A DNA stretch of 64,000 bases from Mobula hypostoma. Taxonomy: Eukaryota. Shown one piece after another: positions 49,885 to 58,321 of the stretch. Position 1 is the first letter of the stretch. The number at the start of each line of letters is the position of its first letter. The position numbers and the translations under genes are program-made. Location: positions 215,886,001-215,950,000 of the forward strand of contig NC_086097.1 in the NCBI RefSeq assembly GCF_963921235.1, read 5' to 3'. A model generated the notes under the pieces. That model made no database searches. It saw nothing but the letters and a program-made list of their open reading frames with translations, and was not told where the DNA came from.

Positions 49885-50497
49885 TGAAACACCCTGGTTT
49901 CCTTGGCTGCGTAAGTCTAGGGAAAACACTCTCCAGTCCTGCCAAACTCATGCGATTCAGACGGCTCTCTCACCCCAAACCCCGGTTTATGTGGATGCTG
50001 TGTAATTTGCTACCCTGTTAATTAGTGCCACGAAATAACAGACAGTACACTGCATACAATTAAAGGAATTATATTTATGAATCTTAACTTAAGAGTTAGT
50101 AATGAAAACAAAAGAGAAGGCCCCATTTTAATTAAACAGTCAAATGTGCACAAGTTGAAGCCCATCTTGAACCTCCCTGTCACTAAGGGGCTGGGTCCTT
50201 GGTCTGTGTGAAAGCACACACCAACTTTTGAATGTTGCTCACAATCCATCTTGAACAAACGACTGGTCCTCCCCAGCGTCTTCTCTCTTTATCTCCCGCC
50301 GAACAAAAGCCCCAAGACCAACCTCATTGTCCCTCATCAAAAAAACCTCCCTTCCCAGTTCCAGCATCCTATGGATGGCACACATTCCTCATCATCTCTT
50401 ATCTTCAACAATAACCCAAACAGGCTGAAAGCAGAACTAATAGAACTGAATGAAATACATACCGCACAACAGTAAAGTTGCGAATCAGGGCATTACA
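49885..50497 (-). mobile_element. Solo LTR (613 bp)
   Basis: TG...CA termini with an imperfect terminal inverted repeat (TGAAACACCCTGGTTT vs TGTAATGCCCTGATTC). Exact 4-bp TSD CCTG at 49881-49884 and 50498-50501. Orientation is inferred and uncertain. Confidence 0.75.
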
Positions 50498-50516
50498 CCT
50501 GTAAGTATGAAGTTGC

Positions 50517-50522
50517 TTTATT
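50517..50522 (-). terminator. Candidate polyadenylation signal (AATAAA) of cyp7b1
   Basis: TTTATT on the + strand, ~160 nt downstream of the stop codon; the first canonical hexamer seen after the stop. Confidence 0.55.
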
Positions 50523-50681
50523 CTACTCCCCAAGAAAGAATACAAAGAGAATTCCCAAAATTTAGTATGCTAAAGCTACAGAACACTTCATTGTTTTTGT
50601 CAACTAAGTATCAAACAATTCTCCAGAATGACTCACCGGTATATAATTTTATCACCCTAACTAGAAGTTTAACAAGCTTCC

Positions 50682-50972
50682 TCATTGGTGCAATTTATAG
50701 CGAAACTGGACATCAGATTCTGGCTGTATGATCCCTAAACCAGCACGATTTTTACTTGGCATTACTGGCCTTTCCTTATGGATTATTTCGAGGTCAAAAG
50801 CAGTCAGCATCAGTGAAATGAACATTTTAATCTCACTGAGTGCATAGTATCTCCCAGGACACTTACTAGATCCAGAACCAAAAGGCATCAAATAATTCCG
50901 AAGTTTCTTTCCTCCTTTGTAAAAAGTGGTTTTCTTCATTCCATTTTCTATAAAACGGTCATACTTATACAC
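50682..50972 (-). CDS. cyp7b1: Cytochrome P450 family 7 (oxysterol 7-alpha-hydroxylase-like), last coding exon
   Basis: Acceptor attttcag|GTG, phase 0. Translates VYKYDRFIENGMKKTTFYKGGKKLRNYLMPFGSGSSKCPGRYYALSEIK...YKLHQ*, with the heme-ligand motif FGSGSSKCPG. Orthology to CYP7B1 rests on the YDRFIE.G.KKTTF.K.GKKL..YLMPFG pattern plus synteny with bhlhe22. Confidence 0.9.
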   Translation of the reverse strand: MYKYDRFIENGMKKTTFYKGGKKLRNYLMPFGSGSSKCPGRYYALSEIKMFISLMLTAFDLEIIHKERPVMPSKNRAGLGIIQPESDVQFRYKLHQ

Positions 50973-51255
50973 CTGAAAATACATGCAAAGTGAGAATCAA
51001 TATATGACGGCAAAAGGGGAGACGGTAACATTTTGTCTGTGACTGTAGTTGTTTTTCTTACACACTCTTAATTTTCCTCTGAGGCCCAGCAGCTCAAAGG
51101 ATAACCATGCCGAAATGAGAAATAGACACTGGTCTTAGCTCTCAGCACACTGGTCTTAGTTCAGAGCAACCAGACACTCTACCTGCATCCAGGTTCCTGA
51201 ACCAGTGTGGATAACTTCACTCACTTTAACACTGAACTGATTCAATAAGCTGTGG

Positions 51256-51360
51256 CAACACACATCAAAGTTGCTGGTGAACGCAGCAGGCCAAGCAGCA
51301 TCTGTAGGAAGAGGTGCAGTCGACGTTTCAGGCCGAGACCCTTCGTCAGGACCAACTGGA
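51256..51360 (-). mobile_element. 105-bp Penelope-derived hammerhead-plus-tail insertion
   Basis: Exact 13-bp TSD caataagctgtgg at 51243-51255 and 51361-51373. Confidence 0.9.
51318..51353 (-). ncRNA. Minimal type I hammerhead ribozyme motif, intact core, sense to cyp7b1 pre-mRNA
   Basis: Minus strand GGUC CUGACGA AGG-GUCUCGG-CCU GAAA CG UC GACU. Confidence 0.75.
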
Positions 51361-53309
51361 CAATAAGCTGTGGACTCATTTTCAAGGACTTTACAAACTT
51401 AATGCTCTCAATATTATTTATTTATTATTATTACTACAATTTGTCTTCTTTTTCACACTGGTTGTTTGTCTTTGTGTGTAGGATCTTACATTGAATGCAT
51501 TGTATTTCTCTGTATCTACTGTGAATACCTGCAAGAAAATGAATCTCATGGTAGCAAATAGTAAATAGTGATATATATATATATCTTGATAATATATTTA
51601 CTTTGAACTTTGTGCAATTATAGAATTATAGGTTAGGCCTGCTCTTGCAGAAAAGGCAGATGAGAAACATGCCAGAGTCTGGCAAAATTTGTGCTCCAAA
51701 AAGTGTTTTGCAAGGAGAAAAAAATTGTGGAATATTGCTAAAAAAGAACAGTAATTAAATTCAAAATAACATTCATGCAATTATTTTCACTACATTTCAA
51801 AATTACATATTCTAGAGTAAATTTGTAAGTTTCATGAAGAATAGTATTTTCAATGGCCCATAGGGAAAATAAAACCATTGTATTTGTAACTCTTAAAATG
51901 GTTTGTTAATTTCATACACGGCATTGTTGCAAAAGATATGGGTTGCCATGAAATGTAGCCCTAAAGTGAGAAAATATCAGAAATGACTATGTAATTTCTG
52001 TTTGGTTTGGAAAGACACTGAAGGAAGTTGGAGATTCAGATTAACTGTGAAAACTCAAATCTGTCTATCGCAAAGTGGAACAAGCTGTTCAACTCTCTTT
52101 CTTACTTTCCTCTTTACTTCTGAATGCCAAGGATTCTATTAAGCTGTTGTGAAAACATTCAGAACTGTTAATGCAGTTAAATAAGTATTTGAGTAATTTT
52201 TAATTTTTTAAATTGTTCAGGTTAATTTTGTCCAATATGTGGTGGACAATCAATTACTTTGTCAAAAGTTGTTGATTTTTTTTATAATAATTGTGTTGTA
52301 CAGTATAAATGAAAAGCATGCCAAAATGACAGAATATTTACTTCAGAAATAGATCCCAGATATAAAAAAATTCATCAATTTATACAGTTTTTAAAAACTC
52401 ATTTGTAATTATCCTACTGTTCAGAGGTGTAAGCGGTTTTGTAGGAAAATCAAAATATAATTCCATTAAGTATAATTACTGAAATATATAGTAATGATAT
52501 ATGACACACCACATGCTGACAGCAATCAAAGTGTTAACAGCCCATTTATAAATACCGCTCCCCACCACTCATACCATACAATCTGAACACAAGCTTTTGC
52601 CAAGACCACAAAATAAATTTAGCACATATTGTTTGAGTGATAAGGTAGAGATAACATTTTAGATCTAAACCTGTATCATATTGTGCTTCATTGTTAATCT
52701 CTGCCATTCTTGGTGCACCAGATCAGTAGCAAAACTAGCAAAGGTAGCTGGGCTTGAATTGGTATACAACATACAAGTTAATGATAGCATTACACACTAC
52801 CAATTCTGGTCAATGGCTGAAAAATGGAATGGTAAATCACTATATTAAATACTATCCTTGAAGTCAAATATTCTTATTTTGATTAGAAAAAAATTTTCTA
52901 TTGAACCATATCTAAATCAGCCTGGATATGATACGGCTTATTTTGCAGTGAAGAAAAGGCAAAACACACATCTGAGAAGGAAGCAAAACCTGATCATGAA
53001 TGCTAATACAGTAAAAGGTTCTTTTCTCATGACTATCAATATGGATTTATGCTACAAAGTATTCACTTGGAAAATACATATTCCTGCATATTCACTTTCA
53101 ACATCAACCATGACTTTTGTCATAAGTACATGAAAATATTCTGAAGGAAAAACCAAAGCTTTACTCTTGTTCGACAATTCCAGTACCAAAAACAATACTT
53201 GGTATGCCAAAACAAGCATCACCTAAAATTGCATCAAAGCAGACCTTGGTAAGGACTTGGCTAATAGCCTAAATGTACATATGTGATTACCATAACTTAT
53301 TTAAAAGCT

Positions 53310-54230
53310 GAATAATAAGCAATAGCATTGCAAGATGGTTCCAGACATCACATCAAATAGGATGGAAATGGAGAAACTTGAGAGTAGAATGGAATCCTTA
53401 CAGGGAGCAGTGTCTCGTCCCAATTTCTGTTTTCACTCATTCTCTACCCAGCCAGAATGAGAGTTCTCCTTGTCCTCAACTCCATCCCACAAGCCATTCA
53501 ATAGGATTTCTCCGCTTCCTGGAAGGATTACATACCATTCTTCCAGTTTCACTGTCTCTGTACTATGTGCTGTGTGACCAGACTTCTCTGCACTAATACC
53601 TTCACCATATTCGACAGGGTCTCAACTATTTCCTTTCCACTTTCTGCACACCTGTTCTTAAACCTCCAATCCCCTCCCAGAAAACACAGACAAGAGATCT
53701 TTTCCGTACCTTCAGCCTCCCCAAGCCCGACATTTCAAGAATAATTTTCCATAATTTTCGTCAACTCTATTGGAATTCTACTCCTCGACATTCTTGCCCC
53801 TGACCTCCCTTTTCTGGAGGGACTCTTCCCTTTGAAACTCTCTTCCATTTCCATCAGTCAAGACAATGCTCAAAAGACTTTCCTAAGCAGCCATGGGAGA
53901 TGGAGCAGCCTCCATTTTGCCTCTTCCCTTCCATAATTCGGTGACCCAAACGTCCCCCAAGATTGAACGGTAATTCACTCAAGCAGTGGAGGCAGGCCCT
54001 TTGGCCCAACGTGTCTTTGCCGATTAAAATGCCTATTTATCTAGATCTCTATGCCCACATCCTCCTAAACTTTTTCTATCTACAGGTCTTTTGCCATTTC
54101 TGCTAATCCAGTGTACTGCATTTGGTGCTCATCATGCTGATTGAAATCAAATGCAGACTGTGACTGTTCTATACAACAGCTGTGTTCACTCCACAAGAGT
54201 GACCTCATCACTTTAATTCTCCATCCCTCT
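53310..54230 (+). mobile_element. Highly decayed Penelope-like remnant with a nested CR1 tail (~53980-54085)
   Basis: Pyrimidine-rich segments similar to 45100-45580, and a GIY-YIG-like remnant gtgtactgcatttggtgctc. Confidence 0.45.
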
Positions 54231-54264
54231 GTCTTTTGGGCACTTGCCTCGTTTCAACAGCCGC

Positions 54265-54395
54265 AAACAAGGAAAAATCTGCAAACGCTGGAAATCAAAG
54301 CAACAGGCGCACAGAATCTCAGAGTCTCGGGTAACGTCTTGGCTGGTGCCGCCTGCCCTGCTGAGTTCCTCCAGCATTTTGTGTATCTTGCTTGG
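54265..54395. mobile_element. Short Penelope-derived insertion made of two inverted tail ends
   Basis: aaacaaggaaaaatctgcaaacgctggaaatcaaagcaaca ... gcctgccctgctgagttcctccagcattttgtgt. Confidence 0.65.
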
Positions 54396-54558
54396 TTCTA
54401 ACAGTGCAATCTCACTCACTCGCTAGGCACATTGTAGTCTTTTAAATATAATATTGATATTAACAATTTCTGGTAATGCCTCTCACAGAATGCTACCGCA
54501 CCATTTCTGTTTCAGTTTGCTTTTGTTTGTCCTCTCACCCTTATTGACATTTTGTAGC

Positions 54559-55541
54559 TGTGACGAGAATACACATAAATTAAGATGTTAGCTGGCCTGG
54601 GCTAGCACCAGTGGCATCAGCAGTTGGTCTGCCACCTGCCCTCAGGGGAGGGAGAGATAAGGAACACAATGAAGCAGCATTTGGAGATGTTAATGAAGGA
54701 GCCATCAGTCTGGGTATTGTCAAGATCAGCTCCCCCTTTGAACCCTGAACTGTTTGAAGTGATGGACAGGCGATCTGGAGATGTGTAATGAAGGGACGGG
54801 AGAGAGAGAGCTGTCTAGAGCGGCTCCCCATTTGAACCCTGAACTGTTTGAAGTGATGGACGGGCGATACCCCAGCAGGGGGATAAAAAGGGACAGGTTC
54901 GCTAAGGCAGGACACACACGACACCACAAGGTAACGAGACCCTGGAAGCGGTGCCCCCCCCCGCAAGTCGGCGGGAGTAGTTTTGGAAGGCTGGTGGCGG
55001 AACCAAGCCATAGACGCACAGGGTGGAAAGGTACGATCAGCGGGAACCCGGTGTGTGTCCACCCTCACTTGGGTGCCGGGTTCACTGCAGAGGATCGACC
55101 GCATCTGGAGGAGGGGTCACAGTCGGTGACCTCAGGTGACATCACAAAGGACTCGCCCGAAAGCTGCTTGTGAGCAATATCGCAGGTCTGTGTGTGGAAG
55201 CCGTTTTGAATGATCATTCGTTCTTGTTTTCTCTCTCTCTCTCCCCCCACTTTGTCCATCGCCATGGCAACGACTACTGCGAACTGAACTAAATTGGACT
55301 GAACTTTGCGTCACTTTGAAATTGGTCATTTACCCCTAGACAACGATAGAGCTTGATTGATCCTGTTATCTTAATTCTGTGCACATGTGTGTTTATCATT
55401 GCTGAACTGTTGCATTTATTATCCTTTCGATTACTGTGTTGCTTGTTTCTTTAATAAAACTTTCTTAGTTCTAGTAATCCAGACTCCAACTGAATGATCC
55501 ATTTCTGCTGGTTTGGCAACCCAGTTACGGGGTACGTAACA
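54559..55541 (+). mobile_element. Solo LTR (983 bp), Gypsy- or ERV-type
   Basis: TGTGACG...CGTAACA termini, exact 4-bp TSD TAGC (54555-54558, 55542-55545), TATA-like GATAAAAAG (~54882), AATAAA (55453-55458) and an internal direct repeat. Confidence 0.9.
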
Positions 55542-55574
55542 TAGCATAACTGTTCCCTTAACAAGTTTGGTCTT

Positions 55575-55765
55575 AACCATCACAGACATTCTCTTTGCCT
55601 CTCCTTCTTTGCCACATACAATATATTTCTTTTCTCACTATTCCAGTTCTGAGAAAGGATTGTTGACCAGCAATATCAAATGCTTCTCTCCCCACGAATG
55701 CTGCCTGACTTGCTGAGTTCTTCAACTCTTGTCTTTGGTTTTCAGATTCCAGGGTCTGTAGCTTT
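55575..55765 (+). mobile_element. Old Penelope pLTR/tail remnant
   Basis: ttccagttctgagaaagg...gaatgctgcctgacttgctgagttcttcaac...ttcagattccag. Confidence 0.55.
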
Positions 55766-56169
55766 TTCGCTCCAACTGCTACATTCTGTATCATCGGGGA
55801 ATAAGTCAACCATTCAGTCTCTCAAACCAGTCTCCATCCACTCAAAGTCTGACTGATTTGTATTCCTTTTAGGGGCTAGCACAGAAGTCTCTGCAAAGTC
55901 ACAGCAACACTAACCCTCTCCACAAAGAACCATCAAACTCATCATTGTTATCTGTGAAAATGCATAATATCTACGCTTAACATTGTTCTAAAAGTGATTG
56001 TATTAAACCCTCGTGCACACCCTTCCGACATTTGGTCCACATTCATTGACGCAATTAATTAACTGAAACACATTGATTTCAATTGACACAGCAACCATAG
56101 CTTGCTGTAACGATAATTTCCACATCTCCACTACCCTTTGTGTGAATAAGGGCAAATCCAATCACCATC

Positions 56170-56595
56170 TGGTATGAAGATGCCAATGCAAAGGGTCAGG
56201 AAAAGCTGCAAAGGGTTGCAAACTCAACTACCTCCATCATGGACAATAGCCTTCCCGCCATCAAGGACATCTTCAGAAGTTGATCCCTCAGGAATATGGA
56301 ATCCATTGTAAAGAACGCTTACAATCCAGGCCATGCCCTCTTCTGATTACTACCACTGAAGGGGTAGTACAGGAGTCTGAAGACGTGCACTCAATGTTTT
56401 AAGAACATTGACCCTCCATCATCAGATTTCTCACTGATCCGTTAACATCCCCCATTTAGATTTGCTCTCATTTTGGACTATCTATTCTTTTATATATTTG
56501 TATCATAATTTATAGTGATATTTATGTATTGTACTGTAGTGCTGCTGCAAAACAAGTTTTACGACATAGATTAGTGATAATAAACCTGATTCTGG
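56170..56595 (+). mobile_element. Rex1/Babar-like LINE 3' end
   Basis: tggtatgaagatgccaatgca...atccaggccatgccctcttc...gtgataataaacctgattctg. Confidence 0.72.
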
Positions 56596-58032
56596 ATAAG
56601 CGATTTGTGATTGCACAGTAAAATTGCCACTTTTTTTTCACCTGTGGAATAATTAAGAAGTTTTATATACAGTACCTTCAGGATAAAGCAGTCTTGAAAT
56701 TTTATAAACTGAAAGTAGTCCAAGACCATTGTAATCATTCATGTAATAAATACTTGTTTTTCAATATTCAAAATCAAACACCTAGGCATATACTTGAAAC
56801 TTGTGTAATTAATTTTCTGAAGTGGAATTAGTGTTCATTCCATTGCTAGAGTCCATAGTCATCTGGGAGTAGATTACTTGGATTCAGGTAACAATATTTA
56901 TTTAGTTAAGATAAAGCACTGCATTTCCTTCGTTTTAATAAAGACTATGAGATTAATCAGCTTTTGGAGAAGTGGTCAGGCTGAATTAGTTAGCTGTGGT
57001 TTAATTTGAGAAGCACATACGGCATTAGTCAAAGTAATTCAAGTAAGATTCATAACAATGTTTGTGAAAAACTATTTTAACTCTGCAACATAAAATAAAC
57101 AATATTGCATAGCTAAGATCCAGTGTTGGTTTGCCAAGGTTTAGTAAAATAAATATTTATTTCTAAACTAAGTATGAATTGGATCAATGTTTTTGTCCTA
57201 AAGAGAAACTGCCAATTAATACTAATAGGCAAATTTAATATATTCATAAGTGAAAGTACAATGGAAGGTCACTGTGAGAATAAAAAGATAGCTGCTGCTG
57301 AACCAGTCATCTCCTCTTTCCAACTTCAGACAATAATTTAGTGTTAATGCTAGTACCAGCAACAATTCACCAAATGCAATGTAGAATCTGATTGTATTTA
57401 ATTTGCATGCAGGTGGTGAATCTCTGAAGCTACATTAAAGCTGAGCCAGGATGGATTAATTTCCAGTCTTTGATATTCATTAACTCTGGCTGCAGAGAAA
57501 AAAATACAAGGAGATGACACAATTACCCTCAGAGTTCCAGTGCAGAGCAATGGCTTTACAATCTCAAGCTCAGGCCATCATATCAATTGATCAAGAAAGG
57601 AGAGAATTCTTGTGAAGTGATATGAAGCAAAAAAACCAGCTTGAAAAGAATTTTGTGTTAAACAGTGATGCCCTGATATATAATTAGCTAAACAGCACAG
57701 GTTATTTGTTACTGCCTCAATTCTTTATTCTTTCGTTTGGTCATCAAGTGATCCATTACGTGACAAAAGCCAAGAGTTTCCTTGATTTGAAGCCAATCAA
57801 TTCACAGTTTAATGTTAATCCTTTCAAAGCAACACCACTCAATCTCACTGCCATATTCTCCAATGAGACAGTAAATTCAATGACCTGCAAGTCTTGGACC
57901 ACACACCCTACAAAAGTTAAGAGACTTCTTTTTCTTCTGGAAGAAAGAGCAATGGGAACACTAGAACAACAGTCTTGGTTGTTGCTATATGTTTGCAGGA
58001 ATAAAAGAACGTACATGCACAAAATCACGTAC

Positions 58033-58211
58033 CTCAGGATCTTCAAAAACCTCTGGGTCCATATGTAGAATTTGAGGACAAAGGGCCAACAAGTCCCCTT
58101 TCCTCAGCTTGATTCCTTTTCCCTCCTTAAAGCTTACATTTATATCCTCTTTGACGAATCGGATGTTCATTGAGGAGCTGCATAAACGAAGGGCTTCATC
58201 TACTGCACTTC
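58033..58211 (-). CDS. cyp7b1: Cytochrome P450 family 7, penultimate coding exon (179 bp)
   Basis: Acceptor cttttag|GA (phase 1) and donor GAG|gtacgt (phase 0, compatible with the last exon). Translates SAVDEALRLCSSSMNIRFVKEDINVSFKEGKGIKLRKGDLLALCPQILHMDPEVFEDPE, including the K-helix ExxR motif (EALR). Confidence 0.9.
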
Positions 58212-58236
58212 CTAAAAGCATGAGGTAAGAATGGAT

Positions 58237-58280
58237 GAAAGGAAAGAAAGGAAAGAGAGAAAGAGAGAAAGAGAGAAAGT

Positions 58281-58317
<37 letters not shown>
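58237..58317. repeat. (GAAA/GAGAAAGA/GA)n purine microsatellite
   Basis: Directly visible; reads as a pyrimidine tract on the cyp7b1 strand. Confidence 0.9.

Positions 58318-58321
<4 letters not shown>

Larger units (their letters stand above)
51185..51612 (+). mobile_element. Rex1/Babar-like LINE 3' UTR, interrupted by a mini Penelope insertion
   Basis: cctgaaccagtgtggataacttcactca...[insert]...tggactcattttcaaggactt...tttactttgaacttt. Confidence 0.78.

Noticed and set aside
54580..55329. Several ORFs up to 174 aa
   Set aside because: All lie within the solo LTR; no gag/pol/env motifs.
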